Positions 12,487 to 28,228 are shown, counted from the first letter of the whole stretch. The stretch is 61,097 nucleotides of DNA, filler included, from Diploschistes diacapsis (GCA_023645945.1; 4 parts of 4 records of this genome joined end to end with filler, not necessarily neighbours in it); one strand, 5' to 3'. Notes: generated by a model not told the origin, from the sequence alone. Program-made: numbers and translations.

Positions 12487-13745
12487 CTTGAACGAGCTTC
12501 ACGTTTCACGTAACGCGGATATCTGGAATAATACGCTTGTCAACCTTGAGCTTTATGACATTGGGCCCCAAAAGAATATCTCAAAGGAGATGGGGACATT
12601 GGGCATGAAATTCAAAGAAAACTGTGAGAGTCTGAAATTGGATAGTGAATCGCTTGTGGGACTGAGGGCTCCCGTGACGGCAAGCACTTTTCTTTCAAGC
12701 TGCTGGCAAGGGGGAAACCTTATGGAAGGTGGTCTATAGTGAATAGTCAAGCTAGGAGAAAATTGGAACCACGATGCTTGAGAACTAGAAGAGATCGGAC
12801 TTCTCGTCCTTATGCAGATTCTTTTTTCCATTCTGGAAGATAAGTATGAAGATGTAAAGCCACTGTTTGCACGAGCCGATTTACAGTCGGTATAGATTGA
12901 GAGTACTATGTATGAAATCTCTCCTACCAAGCAACATGCCAGCTACATGCATGTATGAAAGCTAGAAAAACTGACTGAGCGACGTTGCTGTATAGCTAGC
13001 CCTTCAAGTAGCGATATTCAAGTCCGATATAGACGGTTTGCCAGTCAAAGACCTCGAAGTCCTTCGCAAGCAGTTAAAGATCTTCATTTTCCAAGAAGGG
13101 AATCTGAAGGAATCACTCTCGGGATATAGCTTTGGAAGAAGGTCCAGCCTTTGGCTTATCAAGCAACAATCATCATATATACTTCTTGTACTGTCTCGAG
13201 TCGCATCCTGTCGAAAGACGCCATACGGTCGCAAAACGTGCTCGTTACGCGTCACACTTAATGTCTTTGTAGTATACTATAGATTCCACATGTGGAAACA
13301 ATATCCAAGCTTCAAGAGGCATCGTATACGATCTCAGGTTATCTGTCAAAACCGCTCCGATTCCGCACCGGCGGTGGCTTCGTCTTCATTGGGCTGACAT
13401 TGGTTGGGAAAAATAGAATATCGGAGTGAAAGAAGAGACAAAAGGAAAGGTCATTTGGGGACTCGGGAAGAGGAAACTCGTCCGAGGTCTCGGCTCGGCT
13501 CGGCTCTCGGGTATGTGACGCGGACCAAAAGGAAAGGAAGCTCAAGTTCGAGGAGGTGAGGTGGTGGTATGTACAGATGGATGGACATAAGCAGCACGTG
13601 GGAGTAGTATGGACGTAGTCCCGGGTACTTACTTCACAAATATTATCATGTACAGTTTAGCTGCGAATGTATTTCGAACAGGTTTAAAGCCATCAATAAT
13701 TTATATACAATACGGGGTAAACGGCCTGATCGGCTTCTCGAAATC

Positions 13746-14751
13746 TCAAGGTGGTATCTCCATCCCCTTCCAGTCGTAGAACCTCCCTCTCTGCTCCATA
13801 AAGAGTCCTGTTGCTACCCTCACCAAGGCCACAGCGCTTTCATGCACAGTGATAACCCTTCCTTGCTTTTCATACGCCTCCCTCAACCCCTCGGTGAAAT
13901 CCGTCCTGACCGTACCCGGATGCAGAGCCACGCACATGGCCTTTTCAGCCGCAGTCATCTCGAGTTCTCTGTCAAACGTCTTTGCGAGCTGGGTAACGGC
14001 CGCTTTCGAAGCTCGGTAAGAGTACCAGCCTCCGGCTTTGTTATCGGTTATCGAGCCGACGCGGGCAGACATCAGAGCGATGACAGAATGCCCAGGTGGT
14101 AACCCCTCTGATATAGAGTCGTCCGCGTCCGGGGTTGAAATCAGAGTGCTTCTTCGGGGTAGAAATTGAGAAAAGTGCTTTAGTTGCAGAAGTGGGCCCA
14201 GGGCGTTGGTGCGAAAGGTCTTGAGCGCAGAGTCATGGGAGACTTTAGAGATCTTCTTCTCAGGTTGGAGAATGCCTGGTATGCAGAATGCGAGACGGAG
14301 GTGATAGTTGCAGGTTGGAAAAATCTCAGACAGCTTGTTGGAGGTATCGATTAGTGTGGCCTCGTCTTTAACAGAACGTCAGCAGGTTCGTTTAATGCAT
14401 TCTTGCTGTTACACAGTCTTTTAGTGCAGCGTTGGGCATGTTTGAGAAAGGTACGGAACACGGAGGGTGTACTGAAGCTCATCAATCATCCACAATCAGG
14501 AGGGATTGATGCAGTTAAAGCGACAAGAGAACCTAGTTACCTGTCACATCAACATTATAAATATGTAGCCGTTCATCAGCGCCTTGGACATCCAAGTTCT
14601 CGAGAAACACGCGTTTGGCATTCTCCAGGTTGTGGGCCCTGATAGTCGCAACAACTGGAGCACAAGTATGCTTAAGCAGATGGCGAGTCAATGCTAAGCC
14701 AATTCCTCGTGAGGCAGGAGACACCAAAGACCAAGGCCTGGATTGAACCAT
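13746..14751 (-). CDS. Short-chain dehydrogenase/reductase, C-factor (CsgA)-like, 2 exons
   Basis: PASRGIG nucleotide-binding motif, MSARVGSI, catalytic YRASK, LHPGTVRTD. Intron about 14367-14540. Confidence 0.88.
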
Positions 14752-14869
14752 CGTCGCTTCAGGCAATTGGAATTCAGCCCTCGGTACAGATGAAGGTCAG
14801 ATCGTTATTAGAAGACTCCAATAGTGTGGTTTTACTACGGAGTTAAGCCCTAAGTCCGAAAAGACTTGA

Positions 14870-15213
14870 CAGAATACCTTTTATTTATAAATCTGTAGCT
14901 AGATAATTTAAACACACCATATAATCGAATCACATATAGTAATAACGAAAAGGTAATTTATTTAAAGAATTCTGACCTCGGCCAGACTTTAAAGATCGAG
15001 TTTCAAAAAAGATAGATCTTTTTTCGATCGAAACGATTCGATTCGTTTATATTATTCGATTTATTAAGATTTAAGATATAAATCGCGTAATAAAAATCTT
15101 TTTACCGTATTTTCTTACCGCTTAATCCCTTAAAAAAACTCTTATAAATTATTATAAAGACTATCGTTTTCGTTTATTAAGAAATTAAAAAACTTTTAAA
15201 ACATACGTTATTC
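14870..15213. mobile_element. AT-rich RIP-mutated repeat fragment at contig end
   Basis: Abrupt shift to very AT-rich sequence, TpA-rich and CpA/TpG-poor with CpG retained. Family not identifiable. Confidence 0.6.
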
Positions 15214-15313
15214 NNNNNNNNNNNNNNNNNNNNNNNNNNNNNNNNNNNNNNNNNNNNTTAATTAATTAANNNNNNNNNNNNNNNNNNNNNNNNNNNNNNN
15301 NNNNNNNNNNNNN
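15214..15313. other. Artificial contig spacer N44-TTAATTAATTAA-N44
   Basis: 100-bp spacer with a six-frame stop linker at 15258-15269. Confidence 0.97.
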
Positions 15314-15362
15314 CCCCAAAACCGTCTCTCGGAATTTCCTATGACCCGAATTTCGGAGACAG

Positions 15363-15524
15363 GGAGCCTCCCTAGCTAACGTCCTTGATGTCGAGTTGAC
15401 CGTAGAGGTCAACCAACGAGTTATCCAACAAAGTTTTGGCTGGGCCTGGAAGACCGCAATATCCAACACCAAGAATGTCATTTCTGGAGTCGCCCTAGAC
15501 GCCGGCGCTCAAAGCAAGTCATAG
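15363..15524 (+). CDS. Possible last exon of a gene truncated by the contig start (GASLANVLDVELTVEVNQRVIQQSFGWAWK…SKS*)
   Basis: 54-codon open frame after an ACAG acceptor, convergent with the C2H2 gene. No family recognised. Confidence 0.25.
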   Translation, partial: GASLANVLDVELTVEVNQRVIQQSFGWAWKTAISNTKNVISGVALDAGAQSKS

Positions 15525-15681
15525 ACTCATCGTGAATTAGTTGGTTTTGGAGAATTAAAAAAAAAAGCACTTTTCGTTAGACATAAGCAATTGGCTTGGA
15601 AGGCTTATTGCTTGTGATCGGACCGAGAATAGAACGAGAAGAAGGAAGAAGATGTTGGAGCTACTGAAAAATGTCCCCAGT

Positions 15682-17552
15682 CTAATAGATGTTGTGGACT
15701 TGAGATGGTAGAAGTTGGCCATTGGTGTGGTCTATTTCAAGCTTGATCGCCATGTCGTCCCCTTCCAGAGTCATGTTGTCTGCATCTTCCTCTGCAGGGC
15801 TCTGGGCCTCAGAGCTTGTTAGGTCTGGGACTGGACTGTGGCTTCCGTCCCCGGTCGACCTCTCAAAGTCTTCGTACGGCTCAGATGGTTGAACGCATGC
15901 TGGCATGTTGCTTGCATACTGATGAGCTGGACCCGCGTATGATTGGTTGTGAGCACTGCTTTCGAAGTCCATGCCAGAGACGTCATCTCCCTCCGAATAG
16001 TACGTGCCCGCGGAGCTGCCGGACGAGCGACGGTGATCATGAAACTCGGCATGACCGGTCTGCTCCTCCAAAATCGGTTGGAACTGGCCAGGTTGACAGT
16101 AATTGTACGCCATTGACGCAAAGTTGGCCATGGGAAGCTGTTGCTGCATCGGCATGACTTGCGAAGGAGGGAGCTCGAGAGAAGGACCAATGTTAGCAGA
16201 AATAGGCACAGTCGAATGAGGAGCCATTCTCCCACCATCAGGCCTTTCGATATAGGCTGAAATGTCAGGATGCTGGGGCAGTTGCGCGTATGGAGAGGCG
16301 GTGTTGTAAGATGTCATCATATAATTGACGGCAGGAGGCAAGGCAGTGGAGTCTGCTGTCGTTGCGAGACCTGGAACTTGCATTTGGTCCGGCGTTGAGG
16401 AAGCACCAATGCCAGTAGCTTGCCTCCATTCCGAGCTCATCTGAGGAGCACCAGCCGGCGCGGAAACCATTGAGTATGTGGCTGAGTTTTGGTACGCTGT
16501 CTGGGCCAGAGCCTGGGCCTGGACCGGAGCCGGTGCGTCGAACACAGCCCGGATTTGCGTATAAGCAAGCGGAAAAGGTATATTAGGATTCTCTTTGATA
16601 AGCCAAAGATCTTCCGGTCCAGGGGTGTATTCCTGACACTTTTCCATATCCTCAACTAGCTGCAGCGTATATAGGTTGGGTTGTACAACGCGGAGCGGGA
16701 TTGCAAATATTCTGCCATCCTGGCTCTTCTTATAGCCAAAAAGATCCGAGTACCCCTGTAGTGCGCGCAAGTCCTGTCCAGCATAGGCAACCCCTTTGTG
16801 AGTTCTGGTCGCATGGTCTTGAAGCTTATCCCAACTCATAGTTCTGCGGAGTGAGGCGGTTAGTTGCCTGGTGCGTACAGGTGTACTGACGTCAAACTCA
16901 CCCTTTGGAGCAGAGCCCAAACCCACACTGATATGGTTTCTTGTGGATCTTGCGGTGGCGCGCGAGACTAGAAGACTGGTATTCATCAGTACGCTCCACA
17001 AGCCAATAAATACAGGTCCCAAGGCCTTCACATACATCGGAAAACTTTTTGTCACACGCGTCTTCGGGACAGGAATGAGGCTTCTCCCCCGTGTGCACGC
17101 GTTTATGAACCGTGAGAGCGCTAGTCTGGATGAACTGCTTGCCGCAGCCCTCGAAATCGCATCTGTGAGGCTTGGTGCCGGTGTGAACGTGGAGGTGTCG
17201 GGCCATGTCGGACTTGCGTCCGAAGCTCTGAAAAACAAATCATTGTGAGTTAATGGTTCAAGATGGAAGAGCGGAAGGGGCAACAGGGCATTATGCAGAG
17301 TCCGATCGCCCTTGGCCAGACAAGTATCAGATGCGCTTGGGTTGATGACTTCTGGACTATGTATATGGGTGCGGATCAGGGCGGTGACGCGTAACTGAGA
17401 GCTCTTACCCTCTCGCAGTATGTGCATGCATAAGGCTTCTTGACGCCGCCAGGCAGGATCGGCGACTCATTCTTAGGCGGACGACCTCTCTTTGGTCTTG
17501 CGGGACTAGAATGAGCTCCAATATTCAATGTCATTCCAGCATCGTTGGCCAT
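15682..17552 (-). CDS. C2H2 zinc-finger transcription factor with N-terminal AT-hook, 4 exons
   Basis: Spliced product …PKRGRPPK…KPYACTYCER|SFGRKSDMARHLHVHTGTKPHRCDFEGCGKQF…HKRVHTGEKPHSCPEDACDKKFSD|SSSLARHRKIHKKPYQCGFGLCSKG|TMSWDKLQDHATRTH, followed by a long Q/P/S-rich region. Start codon uncertain (17552 or 17534). Confidence 0.85.
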
Positions 17553-18421
17553 CCCCAGTGCCGGCCAGGTGGGAAATCCACAAGGCGTGCCAGAAGCATG
17601 GGGTCCAACAGCGCAATTAGGCCTAGCAGGCTTTGCGGTTGCTGGTAACTAGGCTCGACAGATGAAGAAGTAACAGGAAATCGGCACTTCCTGAGCGCTT
17701 CTAAAGCTAATCCCGCAAACCTGGGGTTGTAGCGAAGTCTATGGGAGCCGTGCACTGCACTAAGCTACTGCTGGGCCAAAGGCTAGCAGACTGTGTACGT
17801 TCTGCGTTCTGCGTGCGGCACCCGAGTTTTTACTGTAAAAAGCGTACAAATCACCACCTTGTAGTTTTGAACAATTGTACTTCTAGGCTATGTTTACAGC
17901 ATGTATTTAGGGGGCAAATGCCAACGATAGATAATACGCTAAGCCTATTTCAAGTAGTACAAATAGTTTCTCACAGATTGTATACAAAAATATCTAACCA
18001 TAATATAAATTAATTTACACGGTTTATTGTGCCTCTCCGCGCGCGTAAGAGCGGTAATGCTCTATTCTGAAGACTAAAATAGCCTTAATCAAATACTTTC
18101 AGCGCCTCTATCATGGGCTTGTTATTTAGAATGATAATAGATTTCAGGGGTAAGTACACTTGCATATAGATTGGTATGTGAAGTGACTTATAGTGATACG
18201 CAACATTTATTTAATTATTTTCAGTACAATACGTAGTCCGGCCCGACCATTTTTCAGTCACCGCTATCAATACGCGAGTTGTCCCCACCGTGACCTTTAA
18301 TTTTCAATATGGACGAGAAAAGTAATTCAACATGAATCGGTCCTCGAGAAGGTGGCTGCCTTTGTAGGGAGAGACAGTAAAATCTTGACCTTTTCAAGGA
18401 ACCTCCGTGATCGCTGAAAAC

Positions 18422-19606
18422 ATGCCTTCGGCCCCTTGTGCGTCTTGCAAATCGGCAAGGGCTCTCATGGTTAGGCCCAAAGACCATCAGAAGCTGTGCA
18501 AGAAATGCTTTGTTGGTGTCTTCGAGGACGAAATCCACACCACTATAGTCCAGAACAGGCTGTTTCAGCCAGGTGAAAAAATCGCAGTGGGCGCCTCTGG
18601 TGGCAAAGATTCGACTGTTCTCGCGTCTGTACTGAAGACGTTGAACAGCCGTCACAAATATGGACTGGACTTGGTCCTACTCTCCATCGACGAAGGAATC
18701 AAAGGCTATCGTGACGACAGTCTGGAAACCGTCAAGAGAAATTCAAAGCAATATGATCTACCCCTCGAAATCGTTGGTTACGATGAACTGTACGGCTGGA
18801 CAATGGACCAAGTCGTCGAGCAGATTGGAAAGAAGGGAAACTGCACGTATTGCGGCGTGTTCAGGCGCCAAGCTCTCGATAGAGGTGCAGCTCGTTTGGG
18901 AATTGAGCACGTGGTGACTGGTCATAATGCGGACGACATCGCCGAGACTGTGATGATGAATCTACTTCGTGGTGATCTACCGCGGCTGGCGAGGGCTACT
19001 AGCATCGTAACGTCCAGCGCCGCAAGCAATATTAAGAGGAGCAAGCCTCTTAAATATGCATACGAGAAGGAGATTGTACTATATGCTCATTATTGCAATC
19101 TCGACTACTTTACTACCGAATGTGTTTACAGCCCGGAAGCTTTCAGAGGTAGCGCAAGGGCACTCATCAAGGACCTGGAGCGAGTCCGGCCGAGTGCCAT
19201 TCTTGATGTCGTCAAGAGTGGAGAGGACATGGCCAGGCTTGTTCCCTTGGAGATCACTGGAAACCATGTGAATCCAACCAACGGCATTGTTCTTAATGTA
19301 TATGAAGAGAATTCTGGCGGCTGTGGGCGTACAGAATCCCAGATTGTGGGAGGAGCAATGGTACCGATGGAGGAGCAATTGAAACTTGATGAAGAATCCA
19401 TTGGCCGGGAAACCGAGGTGAAGCTGCCTGAGATTGGGCCACTCAACCTCGGAAAATCGAACAAGCCTCGCAGGCCACCAAAGCAGCAAATGGGTCGCTG
19501 CAGCCGTTGCGGCTACCTATCCAGTCAAGCTATCTGCCAGGCATGTGCGCTTCTCGAGGGATTGAATAGGAGCCGGCCCAGGGTGGGTATTGATGATCTC
19601 ACATGA
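18422..19606 (+). CDS. NCS6: Cytoplasmic tRNA 2-thiolation protein 1 (Ncs6/Ctu1)
   Basis: PP-loop SGGKDS, CxxC motifs ([14 protein letters not shown]), [17 protein letters not shown], and C-terminal [16 protein letters not shown]. Confidence 0.95.
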   Translation: MPSAPCASCKSARALMVRPKDHQKLCKKCFVGVFEDEIHTTIVQNRLFQPGEKIAVGASGGKDSTVLASVLKTLNSRHKYGLDLVLLSIDEGIKGYRDDSLETVKRNSKQYDLPLEIVGYDELYGWTMDQVVEQIGKKGNCTYCGVFRRQALDRGAARLGIEHVVTGHNADDIAETVMMNLLRGDLPRLARATSIVTSSAASNIKRSKPLKYAYEKEIVLYAHYCNLDYFTTECVYSPEAFRGSARALIKDLERVRPSAILDVVKSGEDMARLVPLEITGNHVNPTNGIVLNVYEENSGGCGRTESQIVGGAMVPMEEQLKLDEESIGRETEVKLPEIGPLNLGKSNKPRRPPKQQMGRCSRCGYLSSQAICQACALLEGLNRSRPRVGIDDLT

Positions 19607-20037
19607 AAACTGCACCAAAAGCCATTCGATAAATGTGGTATGCGTTTATGATCATATCTGTTCTCACAAGACTTGCTGAAAACGTTCCTTATCGATCGTG
19701 TCCTGTGAGTAATGCCTCGAGTCAAGGGTGACCTGACTGTAGGCACCTGCTTATATCGGCAGCTATCCCGCCTACCTGATGGCTTGCGTTTGTTCCACCT
19801 TCTCCTTCCCTTCGATCCTCCAGTTGTCATAGCTCCGATTCAAACTTCAACAGCTTCATTTGCTCGTCGGCTGTCAGACCGGCGCTTATGAGCAGTGAAG
19901 ACTATTCAAGTCGATATCTGAATGCAAGCGAGGTTTGTGCTCATGCTCAGCCTTTGCCAGGAATTTGGGATCACCAGTGGACGTGATGCTTCGGTCATGG
20001 TGTTCATGTTGATTTCGCTAGAAACACTATGCCCTGC

Positions 20038-20283
20038 TCATGATATTGATCGCACAATTCTCAGGGATGAGGTTGTCTTGCAAGTTCCTGAAGGCATAGT
20101 CTTAGTGGGATAACGAGGATTCTCGAGAGGCAGCTACTTACCACACTTATCGCCGTTCTTAGTCTCTGTTCTTACAACATTGGGTGGACATCGCTCATGA
20201 GTCTGCTGGTAGCGAACGCACCAAGCTAAGACCAAGTACCGCACATGCCCACACTGGTAGGTGACTTCGGTATAATCACACAT
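20038..20283 (-). CDS. Small Cys/His-rich protein (~64 aa), 2 exons, unknown function
   Basis: MCDYTEVTYQCGHVRYLVLAWCVRYQQTHERCPPNVVRTETKNGDKC|GTCKTTSSLRIVRSIS*. GTAAGT…CTAAG…CAG intron. The MC-x8-CGH…C…CP…CxxC pattern is typical of small ascomycete proteins. Confidence 0.7.
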
Positions 20284-22511
20284 CTTGATGGGTTGGGAGA
20301 TCGGAGGTTGAGAATGGTGTTTAATTGTATATGCGCCAATGGATGAGAAAGCCGGCAAACAGAAAACAGGTTCAAGATAGTTGTACAGAATCGGACAAGG
20401 ACAGGAAGGGCGAGGGCGCCTTCATAAACAATCGCTCATGGACTCCGTCGGAAAGCGGGAAGAAATCCTCGCTGGTTAGAGCGTGACATCTCTGAAGCAT
20501 CTTACAGGAATTTGGTTTGTGGCTCGCAGATTGATCATAACAGCTATCCGTCCAGAAGATTTCAGGGACGATGCCACAACACCACACGTGGTGACCTGGC
20601 TAGCAAGCCGGTGTCCCTTTAGCGCCCGGATGCTTGCCACGGCTCGGGGCGATGTAAAAGCTTTTCCAACGTACTACTGAGTATGAGGGCTAAACAGCAA
20701 CGACCTCATACGAACGATTACTGCATCAAGACAACATCCTCGGGGCTGAAATCAACTCAGCAGTGGCAATTGTGCACACCAACTCATGAAGGAAATTAGG
20801 AGCTTACGGCACCAGAACGGGTAACTACTCGAAGTAATCATGCTTTTTTCGTCATCCTGTTGTATGCTTCTTGGGTATCCAGGCTACTCAGCCCCTACGC
20901 CGGTCTACTTCCCAATTCCGATTCGAACTGGACAAAAGTAACAGAGCCGAAGTTGAAGGCACCATGCACGTTCGGGGATTGGCAGAATAGCGAGGCCAAA
21001 TGACATGCCTTGCATCGAAGGCCTCACCAAGTGGGTCCCGTATGTGTGGTAATCGGTGGTGAAGAAAACGTGGTTGGACACACCAAGATTCCTTTGAAAG
21101 CTCAAGCTAGATGGTACAGCCAATTGGGACTGTCCCGTTCAGCCCAACGTTGGTGAGCTATACTAAGGCCGTGTTAAAGTCAGACATTTCCCTGCTGAGT
21201 ACCGGAAACTCAAACAATCACATACCCAAGGACATCAAGCAGAGACAGGCTCCACAATAAGCTTGCGAATTCTGTTTACGGGAGTCCTTTGCATTAGTAG
21301 ATCATTTCGACGTCTGCAAACCTCGTTACTGCACACTCCCAATGATACCACATCATGGCCCGCATGGGGGTTCCAATATCTGAAACCAAGGACATGCAGC
21401 TCCGCTGAAAGTGGACTGTGTCATCGTTCGAGATTTCCTAGCGGCATCCAACATGACAGAGAGAGCCGGCTGCAGAGAATGACTAGCATATCTTACCACG
21501 AGGCATATGCACGCAACGTTAATTTAATGGAAGCGACTGAGAAAATAGTGAGACACCAACCACGCTTGCTGCTCGCCTTTCCGACCTTGCACCGTACGCA
21601 CATACAGAGTGCAAACAAAGTACATTAGACCGCTTGTGGAAGTGTCGGTCGAGCATAGGCTTCTACTACAGAAAGCAACGGGTACTTTCAGGAGTCCGTC
21701 CAGCAAACAAATAGCAATGGAAAGGTCTGACTGAAGAGCCATGTGCGGTGTGTGGACCAGGCCACGTTGTTGCTGCAAGAACTTGAATCCAGTTCAAGAT
21801 CACACTTTACAACTTACAACACACAACCCTGCAGCCTACCAGGCTTGACCATTTATAACCGGACTTTACGCCGCCCCCTTGTGCGCATTATCACGACTGG
21901 CTGGCGAGTTACTACAAAACTTGAATCTGTCTTGGGACTTCTTAGGAACGTGCAACGCTGTGGCGCAGCTTCTAGGATTCCGAGACCACATCTTGGCCAC
22001 CACGCGACCTTCCCAAGTCCCCACGTGTTGGGCATCATCATATGGACGATGTGGTGGCATTGACCCATGTGCCACAAATTATACTTTGTGTCAAAATGGA
22101 AATTAAGTCATGTTTCCGGAGCGGCACCAAAACGCAATATTGTCATGTTGATGACGAACTTCAGCTAGCTCAACACGACGGGAGTATCACTACGTACGCC
22201 ATGTCTAGCTGATTGGATCCCAGGCGGGCAAACACGCCCAACTACCTCTGTACAAGTGCTTGCAAAAAGCATTTCGAGGCAGGGCTGCCAGATGATACTC
22301 ACCTTGTATCACTACTCGTACGAGTACACAGTTCCAATTTGAAGGCTTGACGTGTTTCGCTTTGAAATGCATCGATGTGGGAGTTACGGCGGCTATCCAA
22401 CTACGACGTGAATATGATGCACTAAGTGCTTCGGGAGGCAGCCTTGCATTTATACACACACAGAATTCGGCGTGACCATATCGAAAACAATGTCTAAGTG
22501 GCATGTTCGAG

Positions 22512-24604
<2,093 letters not shown>

Positions 24605-26767
24605 TCACAGTCTCCGCCCGATAGAAGGATTATTGCATCATCTTCCAGGATGGCTTGAGGTGGGGCAAAAGTGCACCAAACAATCAATATCATGAAGATA
24701 CAAGTTAACTTACACTCTCACAACGTACAACACTATTAGCACTCTGCCACTCAGGCCGCAACTCCAGACCAAGACATCGACTGAATCGCAAATCTTCATG
24801 ACATGCGGTCAGCAGCCACGAGCCTCGCATAGCCCAAATGCCTTTACCTACCTGTCCTATATAGTATACGGAAGTATTATCAGGTTCTGTTCCGCTTGCA
24901 GTGCTTACAGGCCGACGAGGCCGCGAAGCAGGAGCGGACGGCCTTTTTCAGTACGGACGTAATGCCACAAAAGTTTTGACATGGTCTTTACTTATTCGGT
25001 GACCAAAAACGTGGCTCTCTGCTTAGGATTCCACTACTACATCTTGCAAGGTAAGCTGAAAAGAACGCTAATTCCAATAGAGAAAGCGAGAGATCTGGTG
25101 GCGGTCTCTATCTTGCCGCTTAATAACCATCCCCGTCCCAAACCAGTGGATACTGGGAGGTACCTCTCGCACCGAGTATACTTTCGTTTATTGTCCGGCG
25201 ACTACACAAAAAGGTACTGTGTGCGCAGAACCAAGTCCTCTGAATGACGGCTACAAGTCCCGCAAGCACTAAACCAAGCAAGTGTCAAGCTACAGCAGGT
25301 TTTGGTGTTGCCAGGCTGAACCAACCGTTCGCTATAGATGAGCCGAGGAAGTTCGGGCCGAGATTTGGGGCGTGTTTGATTTACTTTGGTTAAGGGGCGT
25401 TGTCGATTCTGAAGAAACACTTATGAGGTGTTATGCTGGGCCGAGTCATCATAGCTGTCAATGGAAATAGCTTCCGCAGGACGATGGCAATCAGTATGCC
25501 TTCCACACGTGCCACTACATCGTTGATTCCTTCATCCTTCTATGGTCCTTTTATCACAGCTCTTGAGGTCAATCCCCGCCGCCACGCGAATAGGGATGCG
25601 CGTGTGCGAATATCATTTACTCATCGGCTTGATTCGCTTGGGACAGTACAGGATTGGGGGATCCTTCTATAGCAGGGCGTGCCAGAGGCCTTGGAAATCC
25701 GTCCGCGCTAAATGTGAAACAAATACAGATAGAACTAGTGGCAATTCCGGGAAGAAGTACAGCGTGCGAGTAAGTAACCTTGTGGCATCCACGGACACGC
25801 ATACGTCCTAAATCTCGCTCATTGGTGGTTCGGAAATTGCTTCAAGGATGCTTTAATTCAGTAACAAACAGCCAGGGGAGGCCGTGATAGAGGTCTTGAA
25901 GGGGGAGCCGGAGAGCTTCGACACAGTAGAATACATCATTCGACGCTTACCTTGTTCTTATTGAGAGAGGGTAAAGGAGACGTGGAGATGCAACTATGCT
26001 CCTGCATACCGACCTTGTGAGTGCTCCAGGCATGCTATGAGCCGAACCATGCTGCTCGATCGGTTGTATCACAACCCACAAGGCTGCTGTACGCTCGGGC
26101 AAGTCAGACACTATCAGATAAGTACACGTAGGTATGCGGATATCAGACACACGGAGCCTATCGGGCAATCAGTCCGACTGCCGTCGAAAGCTCACAAATT
26201 AATGTATATGCTTGATTGAAGGTCGACTTCGCACGCAAGTGAGCAGTGGAGCAGCCCTGCAGGTCGTGGACGCCGTATATGGATCATTCAAGTCAAACTA
26301 AAACATCCCTCTCGCAAAGTCGCAACCCGAAAAAAGCGCATCTCATTTCACATTAGGTGCTATCGAGAACCTCTGTGTCCTCGGAGGCCCCAAAACCGAT
26401 AACCTATCCCACGTTTTCCGAGGTCGCAAAAAGCTTTTTTGCCCCCTTTCCACATGCATGGAGCGCCCCAATGGCTCTATATCAGCGGGTTTCTATCTGT
26501 CTTTATGATTTTGAGACGATGAAGAAAGCTTCTCCGATAAAATCTGCCTGTTAAGACCTAAAGCGCCAACACCAACGCCTTCGCCGGCTTCCATTGTTTT
26601 CCTAAGATGCGGAGAAGTGAAGAGGCAGATGAGCATGCACGCTTTTTCGTAGAGCTTCTATTTCTTTTTTAAACCCCATCGTCCCCCCCGGCCTCCTCGC
26701 CTTCCTTTCCCTGCGGTAAATGCATACAGCCTGGAAGCGGCGTACACAACGGCGTGCACAACGGCGT

Positions 26768-28228
26768 TCACATGATGATAGCGGGCACTGTACAACAGCA
26801 TCAGCACATTTCGTTAACGTGGGAAAAAGTCCAGCAACAGAGCAGGGAGAACAGCAAAGCGAAAAGGAGATGAAGGAGGCGAAAAGGGTAAAAAAGAATG
26901 GAAAAACTCACCATCCACATTAACCTTGATACTCTTATGAGGCAAGATACTCCCACCATTCACATACACCTCGTCTCCGATACTCACATCGTCCCCCAAC
27001 ACACTCACGTTCTCCAGCCGCGCCCATTTCCCCACTGTGCTGTTCCAGCCCACAATCGTACTCTTCACCCACGCGTGGTCTTTCACTTTGCTCCCGCTCA
27101 GCAGCACGCTGCGCTGTATCCGCACCCCGTCGCCAATCACCACGTTCGGCCCGATCGTCACGTTGGGGCCGATGCGGCAGTTCTTGCCCACCTTCGCGGA
27201 GGGGTCGACCAGCACGTTGCCGCCATACACGTAGGGCGTGCCGGGCGCGGCGAGTTTGGAGGAGCCCTTCTTCGTCAGGGACGAGAGGTAGAGGCATGTT
27301 CCCGACAGGAAGTCCTTGGGCTGGCCGACGTCCATCCAGTAGCCGTCCAGGTCGAAGGAGTGCAGCTGGCCGTCGGCGCAGATGGCGGGGAAGGTCTCCT
27401 GCTCGATGCTGGTGGGTCGCAGCTCGATGCGCGCCAGCACGGAGGGGTTGAGGATGTAGATGCCCGCGTTGATGCGGTTGCCGACGAACTCGACGGGTTT
27501 CTCGACGAAGCGCTGGATGCGCGACGGGTGGCCGGGGCTGTGCACCACGACGCCGTACTTCGAGGGCTCTTCGACCTTGGTGACGACGATGGTGCCCTCT
27601 TGACCGTGCGACTTGTGGAAGGAGGCGAGCGAGGCGAAGGGGTAGTCGCAGATGATGTCGCTGTTTAGCACGAAGAAAGGGGAGGAGTCTTTGCCGAGGA
27701 TCTTTTCGGCGAGTTTGAGGGGGCCGGCGGTGCCGAGGGGCTCGGCTTCGACTGAGAAGGTTATTGTTATGTTGAATTCTTCTTCGTACTGTAGATGGTT
27801 GGAAAGGAGTCAATAATCATCTGCCTGTAAGGAAAAGGGTAGAGGGGATATTTGGAAGCTGTAGATGGGCTGCGAAGGGCTCCGCCTCACCTTCTTTAAC
27901 GCCGAAACCATAATGTCCGGTCTGTAGTTGACTGCGAGCACGACGTCTGTCACCCCGGCGGCCGCAAGGCTCTCTATCTGGTGGTAGATCATGGGCTGGT
28001 TGGCAAACTCGACCAATGGCTTGGGAAGCGTGAGGGTCTGCTCCTCGTTAGGATATCAGGCTCGTGGACCGCGCATCATCTTGCCAGTCCGGAAACTGCG
28101 TGCTGGAGGCCTGCGTACCAGAGGGCGCAACCGGGTGCCGAAGCCGCCGACGAGAATGAGGGCTGTCGGAGAGAAATTAGCAATTCAATCCGATTCTCGA
28201 ATCTCGAGCCAGAACGCATACCTTTCAT
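26768..28228 (-). CDS. PSA1: Mannose-1-phosphate guanylyltransferase (GDP-mannose pyrophosphorylase), 5 exons
   Basis: [45 protein letters not shown], hexapeptide repeats, and last exon …VPAIIM*. Confidence 0.96.

Noticed and set aside
12550..13560. Short ORFs between REC8 and the SDR as a possible gene relic
   Set aside because: No recognisable motifs or consistent splice model.
15258..15269. Palindromic TTAATTAATTAA repeated three times in the window
   Set aside because: Each copy is centred in an N-run. It is a synthetic six-frame stop linker.
16850..17427. N-terminal ~190 aa of the 581-aa ORF 15682..17427
   Set aside because: It reads through introns and is out of frame with the real zinc-finger exons.
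26898..27813. Long overlapping ORFs (256 aa on +, 292 aa on -) over PSA1; similar ones over REC8, ARP5, OMT and HSP104
   Set aside because: Shadow ORFs caused by very high GC3. Low-complexity R/P/G/A translations with no motifs.
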